A stretch of 28,854 nucleotides of DNA from a virus (lineage: Duplodnaviria > Caudoviricetes). The stretch covers positions 1 to 28,854 of IMG/VR virus record IMGVR_UViG_3300005758_000151. One strand, written 5' to 3'. Both the position numbers and the translations under genes were made by a program. Positions 8,244-16,360 of this stretch are shown here, piece by piece; positions within the stretch are counted from its first letter, which is position 1; each line of letters starts with the position of its first letter. Below the pieces are notes generated by a model. The model saw only the letters and a program-made list of their open reading frames with translations, made no database searches and was not told where the DNA came from.

Positions 8244-8293
8244 CGGTTGCAGCCTTTGGTAGGGTTTGGTAGCCGATCTCGCCAGAGATTGGA
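8241..8293. repeat. Direct repeat copy A (start codon, AGGCTGC motif and half REP)
   Basis: cat-cggttgcagcct...gtttggtagccgatctcgccagagattgga. The 30-nt block at 8264-8293 is identical to 8526-8555. Confidence 0.9.
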
Positions 8294-8304
8294 CTTGGAT
8301 TTGA

Positions 8305-8511
8305 CTAGGCTTCGTTGCGCGCTATCGCAGCGTTAGCCCAAAATACGGACGATTCCAGCTCGGTCATAGCGATGGATTTTTCGCGAGAGTGCGGGCAATT
8401 TGCATCAATTAGGATCGCAAGCTCTTTCGCCTTCTCGCGAATCTCTTGGTACCTTTCCGGCTGCCCAGGTTTCGGTGGATGATAAGTAAAGTTCTTTTCG
8501 ATCTGTGACAT
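8305..8511 (-). CDS. Acb2/Tad1-like helical hairpin protein (candidate immune-signal sponge)
   Basis: 68 aa with FTYHPP...RYQEIR..AKELA...CP.SREKS.A.T.LE..VFWANAAIARN, a pattern I recognise as the Acb2/Tad1 hairpin (DUF7681-like) family. Confidence 0.7.
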   Translation of the reverse strand: MSQIEKNFTYHPPKPGQPERYQEIREKAKELAILIDANCPHSREKSIAMTELESSVFWANAAIARNEA

Positions 8512-8530
8512 GGTTTGCAGCCTATGTTTG

Positions 8531-8598
8531 GTAGCCGATCTCGCCAGAGATTGGATGCATCACTGGCGTGCGTCCAAAGTCTTGGCGACTTTGGCTAC
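8531..8598. repeat. GTAG-type REP inverted pair (REPIN-like), family 1
   Basis: GTAGCCGATCTCGCCAGAGATTGGATGC...GCGTCCAAAGTCTTGGCGACTTTGGCTAC forms a long imperfect hairpin just downstream of the tail tube gene. Confidence 0.8.
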
Positions 8599-8609
8599 AT
8601 GTACGTGAA

Positions 8610-9092
8610 CTAAGCTACAGTGAACCACTGCGGCAGAATGAGCGTGGTGCTCTCGTAATGCTCGACGAGACCGATCGAGATGTTAATGATCTTGCCATCT
8701 TCCAGCGGCTCATCATTGCCAAAGTCAAAGATCTGCCCAGGAAAGACTTTTCCTTGAGCGCCGATCCAGTTATCTGGTCCGTCTAAGATCCAGAAAATGA
8801 GAGTGGTCTTGGCTTCGAATGCAGCTCGCAAGGCAGCAAACACCGCATCGGTACCTCGTTTGTATCGATAACCAAACTCAAGCTCTTGCCTGCGTGTGGT
8901 TGCTCGATCAAACACAAACTCACTCATGCGTGCCTTAACCTCAGCACGGTTGCGAGTGTTGTTCTCGGTGATGTCGATCGCTCGAGGAATTGCGACGCGC
9001 GTCGGAGCGCCAAAGCTCGTCGAGTAGAACAGTTTGCAATCAATACCGACGGGTGAAACATCCCATCCGGTAGGCGGTGAAACGCTAGACAT
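8610..9092 (-). CDS. Major tail tube protein
   Basis: 160 aa, beta-rich, with an AGGAG RBS. Sits between the tail terminator-like gene and the chaperone pair. No sheath gene is present. Confidence 0.7.
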   Translation of the reverse strand: MSSVSPPTGWDVSPVGIDCKLFYSTSFGAPTRVAIPRAIDITENNTRNRAEVKARMSEFVFDRATTRRQELEFGYRYKRGTDAVFAALRAAFEAKTTLIFWILDGPDNWIGAQGKVFPGQIFDFGNDEPLEDGKIINISIGLVEHYESTTLILPQWFTVA

Positions 9093-9105
9093 GCTTTGCG
9101 GGCTC

Positions 9106-9594
9106 CTAATTGATGTTGGTAAAGGTCATGGTCAGAATCGATTTGAATTCCATGTGCTGATCTAGCACCGCAGGATCGTAAATCGGTTCGTTGGCTGACT
9201 CGATGTAACCGAGTCGTGTTTGTTGGCCGATCAGCTCGTCGATCGCAAACATCAGTTCGATGAGATCCTCGAGCTCGCTGTACTCTGAATCTAGCTTTTT
9301 CATCACGAGCATTTGCACCGTGATCTGTCGATTCCGAGGACCTCGCCCAGCTAGCGACGTGCGGCGGGCTCGATCGCTCAGTGCAATGCAAAGGTTTTCG
9401 CGGTCGGCTGGCTCCCACTTAGGTAATCGCGATAAAGCGAGCTCGGCGATCGTGCCGACAGCCATTGGCAGCGATACGCCAGGCGTATAGTTGCTGTCGA
9501 CCGGTGCGGATTCGAGCACGCTCTTGATTTGTTCGCATAGCCAGCGTCCAGGGTTTTTCATGATGCTTTGGTTTTCGTTTAACCGCATGGGCAT
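9106..9594 (-). CDS. Putative tail terminator (gpU-like)
   Basis: 162 aa, directly upstream of the tail tube gene, with a C-terminal FKSILTMTF strand. Confidence 0.55.
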   Translation of the reverse strand: MPMRLNENQSIMKNPGRWLCEQIKSVLESAPVDSNYTPGVSLPMAVGTIAELALSRLPKWEPADRENLCIALSDRARRTSLAGRGPRNRQITVQMLVMKKLDSEYSELEDLIELMFAIDELIGQQTRLGYIESANEPIYDPAVLDQHMEFKSILTMTFTNIN

Positions 9595-9676
9595 CGCCCT
9601 GCGTTGGGCGTGCCGGTGCGGTTTGTTTAGTCATGAGTTAGAGCGTTCAGCGCGGCCCGATGGGCACGCGGTTAAA

Positions 9677-9904
9677 CTACTCGGCGTCAGCTTTCTTGCG
9701 GCGGTTGCCAAACAATGCTGGCTTCTTCGCTTCAGTCGATGGTGCACCGCATGGCCGGATGTGCTCATCGGCCAGCAGCATATCGAATCGAGGATGCGAT
9801 TCGATTTTTTCAGCGGGCAGCACAGTGCCTGCGACTTGTACTTTTCCGTCAATCTCGAAAGCAGAGCTCATGAGATAGTGAGTGACGCCATTTTCTTGCG
9901 ACAT
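9677..9904 (-). CDS. Small hypothetical protein (MSQENG...)
   Basis: ATG at 9904 follows the upstream stop (9915) and the AGGCTGCAAACC motif. The longer ORF call to 10162 overlaps another gene. Confidence 0.6.
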   Translation of the reverse strand: MSQENGVTHYLMSSAFEIDGKVQVAGTVLPAEKIESHPRFDMLLADEHIRPCGAPSTEAKKPALFGNRRKKADAE

Positions 9905-9914
9905 GGTTTGCAGC

Positions 9915-10265
9915 CTATAGTTGTTTGGAATGAATTCGCAGCACCGTGCGATGCTGGCCTGAGTATCGATAAGGTTTTTCCCCACCTGGTGCGAGCACTC
10001 GATAGTTGCTCTTTCCGTCATTAACCTGGTCGCCATCCTGCGGTGTGCCAAACCGGGATTCGAATTTGGAAACGTCGGTGATGAGAAAATCTTGGGTCTC
10101 GACTCGATGAATTGCACCGTCGACGTCCTCGCTCTCAAATGTCGATGTTCCTCGCGTCGCATCGATCTTTAATGTGACCGCACCGCGAGAGTAGGTAATG
10201 CAGTCGCTCGCATGCTGGCCCAATTGCTGAGCCAGCCACTGCGAGCCAGCTTGCAGCATGTTCAT
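9915..10265 (-). CDS. Head-tail joining / head closure protein (gpFII-like)
   Basis: 116 aa with a pattern ITY.RG...DFLI...PQDGDQV...YRVL...LRIHSK typical of head-closure beta barrels. Confidence 0.7.
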   Translation of the reverse strand: MNMLQAGSQWLAQQLGQHASDCITYSRGAVTLKIDATRGTSTFESEDVDGAIHRVETQDFLITDVSKFESRFGTPQDGDQVNDGKSNYRVLAPGGEKPYRYSGQHRTVLRIHSKQL

Positions 10266-10540
10266 TAGGACTCCTCGCCGAGCAGCTCGTACGCCTCAGC
10301 GATCGCGGCAGCGTCAGCCTTGGCTTCGTACTTTTGTTGGAGTACTCGCTGGACTCTGAGCAGCTTGCGATCGAGCTCAGAGTCAGCCTGCGGCCTGGCG
10401 TACTGGACGATCGGCTGCATTGGTTGCGGTTGAACCATGGGTGCCATCTGCTGAGCGGCTTTTTTTGGCTTGATAATCAACCATGCGAATGCACCGACGA
10501 TCAGTGCCACAAATCCGTAAACGATTACATTGAATACCAT
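10265..10540 (-). CDS. Small membrane-anchored protein
   Basis: N-terminal transmembrane helix, Pro/Gln linker and C-terminal helix. Confidence 0.65.
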   Translation of the reverse strand: MVFNVIVYGFVALIVGAFAWLIIKPKKAAQQMAPMVQPQPMQPIVQYARPQADSELDRKLLRVQRVLQQKYEAKADAAAIAEAYELLGEES

Positions 10541-10548
10541 GGCGCAGC

Positions 10549-11544
10549 CTATCGGGTTTTAATGAGGTAGATGATGACAAAGGTACCGATCGCGATGATG
10601 AGGATCTGGAAAAGAAACTCAGTCGGCGAGAAGATCGCGTTAAGTAATCCCTCGACGGTATCCTTTGGCTTGTCTCGCAGTCGATCGAGTAGCGGGAATC
10701 GCGAATCAGGCGGACATGATCCATCTTTGCACTGCTCGACATAATCGGGTGCGGGATGCGTCGCAGTCTGCGAGCCCACTGGTGGCTGCGGCTGTGCAGG
10801 CAGCGGGCTGTTGTTGCCTGCCATGATCGACTGATGCAGCTTGGTCGCGTCGCTGATTTCCGTCACCAAAGCGGCTGCTGTGGTCGGTAGTGCGTGCCGA
10901 TCAGCGGCGTAGACATGCCCACCATTGGGTGCAGTGACCAAGCAGACTGGAAACGCATCAGGCGGAATGAGTGCTGCATATCGCGACCGATAGAGCGGGT
11001 TGTCTGCGGTGTAGGTATTGTGGTTGCAGGTAGTCGTCCATTTAAGCAGCGTCGCATGCTCTTTGAACCACGATTGCAGAGATTGGCTTTGCTGATCATT
11101 GTTGACAAATAGCTCGATCGAGTATCGCTCCTGAGTCTTTACCGGCTGCATGTTGCTCGGTTGCTTAGGTTGCGTATTGTTGGCCGGCGTCACGTTTGGC
11201 ATCGGCTGCGCTGGCACAGTGCCAGGCGGGCAATTGCCATCAGGACAATTCGGCGATCGATAGGGCGTTATGCGTCGGCCCAGGATTTGCTTTTTGATCT
11301 CGTCGCGTGCAGCATCGTTGACCGGTAGCGTGTTGGGAGATCCGTATCGATTGCTGTCGAAATTGATACCACCAGGCGGTGCGGCAGGCGTCGCAGTCTG
11401 TGGCGAGTCCAGAAGATACTGCTCCACCTTTGGCAGCGTGCGCTGCACGGTACCAAAGATGATCGCGTGAGCGACCATCGCAGCGATGAGGCCAGCACTG
11501 AGAGCAATCTTAAATCGTTTTGGGTTGTCGCAGCATTCAGTCAT
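10549..11544 (-). CDS. Membrane protein with two C-x-D-G-x-C-P-P motifs and a possible thioredoxin-like domain
   Basis: N- and C-terminal hydrophobic helices. CPDGNCPP and CKDGSCPP flank a globular domain (YSIELFV...FPVCLVTAPNG). Confidence 0.65.
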   Translation of the reverse strand: MTECCDNPKRFKIALSAGLIAAMVAHAIIFGTVQRTLPKVEQYLLDSPQTATPAAPPGGINFDSNRYGSPNTLPVNDAARDEIKKQILGRRITPYRSPNCPDGNCPPGTVPAQPMPNVTPANNTQPKQPSNMQPVKTQERYSIELFVNNDQQSQSLQSWFKEHATLLKWTTTCNHNTYTADNPLYRSRYAALIPPDAFPVCLVTAPNGGHVYAADRHALPTTAAALVTEISDATKLHQSIMAGNNSPLPAQPQPPVGSQTATHPAPDYVEQCKDGSCPPDSRFPLLDRLRDKPKDTVEGLLNAIFSPTEFLFQILIIAIGTFVIIYLIKTR

Positions 11545-11555
11545 TTGTCTGTCCC

Positions 11556-12416
11556 TTAGAACAGTTGGACGGGCTCATACGAGCGGAATGGTGGCGGGCT
11601 TGGTGGATCGCCGAGGACGGTCAGTCCAAAGCCTCCATAGCTCGCCCAGAGTCGGTGAAATTGATTTTTCTCGGTGTACTCGAATCGCTCGGGAAAGTTG
11701 TTGTCGAGTACCACGGCATGAGTGCGGCCGTTGATTTCGACCCATCCGCAAAAGGTGCATGCGTGCGAGGGCTTCCACCAAATCACAGCTCCTCTGCGAG
11801 TCTCGTGCGCGTAGTCGAGCAGAGCTAAATTCGCTTGCTCGGTGTAGGCGTATTTGACTCCCTCGCGATCCAGTCGCTCGCGAAGGCGTGATGCGTACTC
11901 GCCCCCCGAGTACTTGCTACGCCAGGTGCGAGCGAGATCGAATTCGTTTTGCCAGTGCAGCATGTTGACCGTGCTGGCATGTGCACATGATCCCTCGCGG
12001 CCCGATGGGCCACCGAGCCAGTTACGGACTCGGATCGATACAGGCGGATTGATCGAGGGAGTCTCGGCCCGCGGTGCGGCGAGAGCTCGGTACTCGAGCG
12101 GTGCGGTATCGCAGCCTAGTGCGATGCCCAGGCCCACACAACAAAGCACCAAAGCGACAACTCGAAACTTTTGAGCGGGTGGCTTGGGATCGTTGTCTTT
12201 GGTGTTTTGCATTTTGGTCAGGGCGTAGGTGACTTGTGCAATAATGATGATCAGGATCGACAAAGGCCAGATCCATGCTGCCATGGCGATCAGCAGCGTG
12301 AGTACTGGCTTGGTCAAGTTTTGACGCAGTTCGGATTCGCGGATCCATTTCGATAGGCCCACGAGTCGATTGACTGCGGCGATGATTCGAAATGCGATTT
12401 GGATCCAATGCGTCAT
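11556..12416 (-). CDS. Membrane-anchored papain-fold (C39-like) cysteine peptidase
   Basis: Candidate triad in EGSCAHAS, KPSHAC and LDNN. Two N-terminal hydrophobic segments, the second ending in the lipobox-like IALGC. Confidence 0.65.
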   Translation of the reverse strand: MTHWIQIAFRIIAAVNRLVGLSKWIRESELRQNLTKPVLTLLIAMAAWIWPLSILIIIIAQVTYALTKMQNTKDNDPKPPAQKFRVVALVLCCVGLGIALGCDTAPLEYRALAAPRAETPSINPPVSIRVRNWLGGPSGREGSCAHASTVNMLHWQNEFDLARTWRSKYSGGEYASRLRERLDREGVKYAYTEQANLALLDYAHETRRGAVIWWKPSHACTFCGWVEINGRTHAVVLDNNFPERFEYTEKNQFHRLWASYGGFGLTVLGDPPSPPPFRSYEPVQLF

Positions 12417-12429
12417 GTTTGGTTTGTTG

Positions 12430-12489
12430 GTAGTGGCCGAGGCTACGAGGCCATGTCTCTCACTCAGGACTCGTAGCCTCGTCCACTAC
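12430..12489. repeat. GTAG-type REP inverted pair, family 2
   Basis: GTAGTGGCCGAGGCTACGAG ... CTCGTAGCCTCGTCCACTAC, 19 of 20 positions complementary, intergenic. Confidence 0.85.
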
Positions 12490-12496
12490 AAATGCT

Positions 12497-12811
12497 TCAC
12501 TCGGCTGGTGGCGAGATCGATAGTTTTTTCTCGATCGACTTCGCAGCCTCTTCCTTGAGTCGGTTTGCTTCCTCAGGCCCGCAGGCCTTGAGAAACTCAT
12601 CGGCCCACTTCACAGTGGCACGACCATCGACCCACGCGAGCGTGAATCCATGTCGCTTGATCGATTGCTTGCCAGTCTTTTTCAGCTCGGCTTCGAAATC
12701 GGCCTCGAGCTGCTTGGCTCGCTGGCCTAATGTTTGGGATTGTCGCGAGAGCTCTTTACGCTCCGCTTCGATTTGCTGCCACTCGAGCAGCTTGTCTTTG
12801 AGGGCGGACAT
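12497..12811 (-). CDS. Coiled-coil protein, loosely Mu Gam / Gp157-like
   Basis: N-terminal coiled coil followed by a KTGKQSIKRHGFTL beta-hairpin. The function is tentative. Confidence 0.45.
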   Translation of the reverse strand: MSALKDKLLEWQQIEAERKELSRQSQTLGQRAKQLEADFEAELKKTGKQSIKRHGFTLAWVDGRATVKWADEFLKACGPEEANRLKEEAAKSIEKKLSISPPAE

Positions 12812-13098
12812 TGGGCGTATCCTAGTTGAGTCAGTATTCGGGCTATGTCAGTTGCTGTCTCGGCAATGGCATCCTCGTCGAGATCCCAAAAGCAAGCGTG
12901 CAGCAACTCGTGTATGAGTACGTCAAGGAAACGCTCGGGCGTGAGTCCGTCACGAATCCTGATCGATCGCCTCGTGTGATCGGGCGAGTCACACGAGGCA
13001 TCGACCTCTTCGCCATCGACAATCACGGTGGACTGTCGATAAATCGTTATCGTCATGCCACGGATCGTAGCCGTAGCGATGCGGCTTGGGCGTGGCAT
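12727..13098 (-). CDS. Small zincin-like (HExxH) protein
   Basis: IRIRDGL...DVLIHELLHAC...DE motif. Confidence 0.65.
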   Translation of the reverse strand: MPRPSRIATATIRGMTITIYRQSTVIVDGEEVDASCDSPDHTRRSIRIRDGLTPERFLDVLIHELLHACFWDLDEDAIAETATDIARILTQLGYAQCPPSKTSCSSGSKSKRSVKSSRDNPKH

Positions 13099-13110
13099 GA
13101 TTGGCTAGGC

Positions 13111-13482
13111 CTACGGTGTAGTGCCAGTGCCGTTGAGATCGACCTCGACCTCGAGCACTCCTGTGCCTGCTGCTTTGGTTGTTCGACCTAGCAAAATATT
13201 GTTTGCATCGGCTGCACCGGATGCTTTGGCGGTCACGAGCTGAGTCGCGGTTGCGATCTGCACTCGAGTGCCTGGCGTGCTCAAATCGGTGCCTGTGGCT
13301 TTCGCACAGACAACGATGCCTTTGGTGCGAGCTTTACCAGCTCGACCGTTTGGCACTCCCGCTAACCCTTCGACGATGCCAGCTCGTCCGTCAGGCATCG
13401 CGATGATCGTGCCGTTTGCAATTTCGGATCCAGACGAGTTGGTGAAATCCGCCTCGTCGTGTTCGCGTAAAAATCTTGCCAT
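13111..13482 (-). CDS. DUF2190-like capsid cement / decoration protein
   Basis: 123 aa, Gly/Ala/Thr-rich, with C-terminal VEVDLN. Located just downstream of the capsid gene. Confidence 0.75.
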   Translation of the reverse strand: MARFLREHDEADFTNSSGSEIANGTIIAMPDGRAGIVEGLAGVPNGRAGKARTKGIVVCAKATGTDLSTPGTRVQIATATQLVTAKASGAADANNILLGRTTKAAGTGVLEVEVDLNGTGTTP

Positions 13483-13561
13483 GTTGGTACCTCAGAAAAA
13501 CAAAATTGTGCGGTTGTCGTGCAAGCAGAGTCTTAGCGACTTTGGCTGCATATTGGCTTGG

Positions 13562-13834
13562 TTACTTTTTGCGAGCTGCTTTTTTCGTCGGTCGCTTTGG
13601 TGCTGATGCAGCAGCTGGCACATCGACGGGTTTATCATCGTCGCTTGCAGTAGATGTCACCGGCTTGTCATCGTCGGTGTCTTGTTCCTCTACGGTGCTC
13701 GGTTTGCTGCGTGAGACTGATGCCCATCCTGCATTGACCAGGCTATCGGCATAACCATCCTCGACGGTGTGAATGCCAGGCTCATGCATTACGCCATCGA
13801 TTTTCACTGGTCGGTTTAGATTGATTCGTTTCAT
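13562..13834 (-). CDS. Small head-associated hypothetical protein
   Basis: Short globular N-terminus (ADSLVNAGWA) with an acidic-then-basic low-complexity tail containing DDDKPV twice. Confidence 0.6.
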   Translation of the reverse strand: MKRINLNRPVKIDGVMHEPGIHTVEDGYADSLVNAGWASVSRSKPSTVEEQDTDDDKPVTSTASDDDKPVDVPAAASAPKRPTKKAARKK

Positions 13835-13865
13835 GATTTCTTGAGTGGTAAGAATGACTTAGGAA

Positions 13866-13898
13866 AGATCCGTCCAATCGATCTGATCAGACGGATCT
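13866..13898 (-). terminator. Stem-loop downstream of the capsid gene
   Basis: AGATCCGTC...GACGGATCT perfect 9-bp arms, extendable with G-U pairs, about 15 nt after the stop. Only a short U-tract. Confidence 0.5.
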
Positions 13899-13912
13899 AA
13901 TTGCAGAATCGA

Positions 13913-16288
13913 CTATGCTCGGCCTCGGACGAATCCTCGGAAGTCTAGAGCCTTAGCTCCGACATAGTGACGCACGGTGACGTTGATACCAAACTTGCCA
14001 CCGGTCAGCGTTTCTGTGGTGACGATCGGCACTCGGCCAGCTCCCTCAAGGAAAGTGACCTCGATCGTGTTCGCCTCAGCAGAGACTAGATACCAGTTGC
14101 TAGCTGAGCCCGAGAGGTTAGCCTTGCTAACTGGATCCACCAAACCGTTTTCGAGGCGAGCCTCCGATACTGGTTTGATGTTGTACTCAGCGAGCACATT
14201 CTTTGAGCCCTTACCACCGTCGACCATCACTTGATCGCTCTTGGTCAATTGCACACCGAGATCTCGCAGCGTAGGCGGTAAGAGCAAGTGCGTCGCGGTC
14301 AGGTTGAGCGATGCATCGCCATCCTTTCGCAATCCGAGCTTGCTGATCGCCAGCGAAAGCGGTGCTCGATCGAGTGCTTGTCCGGTACCGATATCGGAAA
14401 CGTCGGTTGCGTTGAACAATGCTCGACCGGTTGCTGCCAAGTTAGCGTTGGCCAAGATGACCGCTGCGACCACGTTTGGCCGCATGCGACCAGCTGCGAG
14501 ACCAAAATCGCGAGGCGTTTGCGCCAAGCGTTGGAAGTTATCCGACATGAAGTCGGCTTCGTCGATTGGCATCTGTTTCGAGAATCGATCGACCTTGGTC
14601 TTTTCAGACACTGCCGAGCGAGTCGCATAGTCGGCGGATCCCCCGACGGGATGTAAAGAAAGATCGCCAGCCGCTTCCATGCGGTTGCGATCGTGCTCCT
14701 CCATGTCTGGATTATCCGCTTCCTGCGTCCAGCCTAGAGAGAAGTCCTGAATCTCGGCGTACGAGCTAAGCATTCTAGCTCCGATCGTAGCGCCGAACAA
14801 TTGCGATACCGATCCACTGCTAAACGCAGCGTGCAACATATCGAGCCTGTTGCTCGGGACGGTTGCACCTGTGCATGCGAGAGCCATGTGAGCAGCCTCA
14901 AGCATCGAGATACCTCGAAACTCTTGTGCGTTGTCCATAATGCGTTGGCGGTTAGGATCGTTGACGCCAGCCTGCAGCCATTGCGGCATGCGGTGTCGAA
15001 CACTCGCAGCACTGAGGTGCGGTGAATCTAACTCCACTCCTGCACGCATGAGCAAACCTGCTTGCAATGTTTCCATCGTGCCCCGCTGATTGCGGCTGGT
15101 CGAGTGGATCGCAGGTCCATGTGGTCGGTTGTTTCGAGCAGCCTCGAGCTCTTGATGACGTCGAGCCTCGAGCTCGCATCGATCGGTATCCCATCCCTCG
15201 GAGATCGCATGAGCGGCCAGCAATACATTGCGGCCACCGATGTTGACCTCCGGATTACCAAATCGAGCACAGAGCTGATTGATCGAGTTCGTGCGAGCGG
15301 TTTCCTGTGCAAATGTGGCTCGGAGATCTTCGAGCACGGCATTGCGGGCAGGTGTTTGACGAGCGGCTGCACCGTTGGTCGATCGACCATTGCCGGACTG
15401 AGCGTGTAGAGAGTCACCGGCAGCACGGCCAGCGGCTGCGGTGGGGGGTGGCTCGGTTGGTTGCGATCCATCGCCAGCATCCGAGCTATCGCCCGAGCTT
15501 GCGGCCATTTTGGCATCGTATTGAGCCTTGAGTGCGGCCTTAGCTTCTTCGCTAAGAGTTGCCATATCGAGGCCAAGAGAAGCAACCCAGGATTCGAAAT
15601 CCATTGCAGAGGTTCCTGTTTGAAGTTGGGCAGAAAGTGTGAGCTTGGGCACTTCCATATCGCCCGGCTCGGTCAAAATAGCGATGTGCTTGAGTCGCGA
15701 TCGCGACACAAACAGCAGAGGTCCTACGAAGGTCTGGCCATTGGCCTGCAGCTCTTCACCCTCGCGGATCATGCGATGTTCGATGAGGATCAATCCGATC
15801 GACGTTTTCCATGGGAAGGTTTTCCCCTCCTCAGCAGAGAGAGAGCCCACGATTTCGCGAGCATCCTCGTTATCGAGCGAGAATAGGCCCGATGCGAGAA
15901 ACTGCGTGTTATCGTGTCCGACTGTTGGGCAATGTCCGACTGGCCTAGCGGGATCGTGATCGCGATTGATAGGCGTATCGGGTGCAGCCTCGATACCCGT
16001 CACATCGACTACCACGGCACCTTGATAGCCCGATGCCATTCGCAGCTGCGGATACATTAGGCCACCGGTGTACACCACTTGGTTTGTGAACTTGGCCGGT
16101 CCAGAGGACTCAGCAGCATCATCATTCGCAGCTGCAGCGTGCAGCGTAAGACGAGCACCGCCAGCCAGGCATACCGTAGGGGAGGCAGCGGCAGCGGATA
16201 GAGTCGCCTCGATCAAATCATCAGCGATGATTTGAGCGATACGGCTCTTAGCATGTTTGCGAGATTGGATGAGTCGGCGATTGATCAT
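13913..16288 (-). CDS. Prohead protease-scaffold-major capsid fusion protein
   Basis: 791 aa. N-terminal protease-like domain (NRDHD..RPVG, WKTSIG), low-complexity linker, and a Mu gpT/HK97-fold-like C-terminus (HLLLPPTL, WYLV, IEVTFLEG, GAKALDFRG). Confidence 0.85.
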   Translation of the reverse strand: MINRRLIQSRKHAKSRIAQIIADDLIEATLSAAAASPTVCLAGGARLTLHAAAANDDAAESSGPAKFTNQVVYTGGLMYPQLRMASGYQGAVVVDVTGIEAAPDTPINRDHDPARPVGHCPTVGHDNTQFLASGLFSLDNEDAREIVGSLSAEEGKTFPWKTSIGLILIEHRMIREGEELQANGQTFVGPLLFVSRSRLKHIAILTEPGDMEVPKLTLSAQLQTGTSAMDFESWVASLGLDMATLSEEAKAALKAQYDAKMAASSGDSSDAGDGSQPTEPPPTAAAGRAAGDSLHAQSGNGRSTNGAAARQTPARNAVLEDLRATFAQETARTNSINQLCARFGNPEVNIGGRNVLLAAHAISEGWDTDRCELEARRHQELEAARNNRPHGPAIHSTSRNQRGTMETLQAGLLMRAGVELDSPHLSAASVRHRMPQWLQAGVNDPNRQRIMDNAQEFRGISMLEAAHMALACTGATVPSNRLDMLHAAFSSGSVSQLFGATIGARMLSSYAEIQDFSLGWTQEADNPDMEEHDRNRMEAAGDLSLHPVGGSADYATRSAVSEKTKVDRFSKQMPIDEADFMSDNFQRLAQTPRDFGLAAGRMRPNVVAAVILANANLAATGRALFNATDVSDIGTGQALDRAPLSLAISKLGLRKDGDASLNLTATHLLLPPTLRDLGVQLTKSDQVMVDGGKGSKNVLAEYNIKPVSEARLENGLVDPVSKANLSGSASNWYLVSAEANTIEVTFLEGAGRVPIVTTETLTGGKFGINVTVRHYVGAKALDFRGFVRGRA

Positions 16289-16340
16289 GCACCGACGTTA
16301 TCACACCACCCCCGAAATCGACGAATTTTAGATTCCAATA
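16285..16340 (-). promoter_or_regulatory. 56-bp conserved late-gene upstream element, copy 1
   Basis: 53 of 56 nt identical to 20547-20602. It runs directly into the ATG of the capsid fusion gene. Confidence 0.8.
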
Positions 16341-16360
16341 ACTTTGGATCCCTACATGGG

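Noticed and set aside
8264-8598. Repeats as a CRISPR array
   Set aside because: There are only two adjacent copies, separated by a full gene, with no spacer periodicity and no cas genes.
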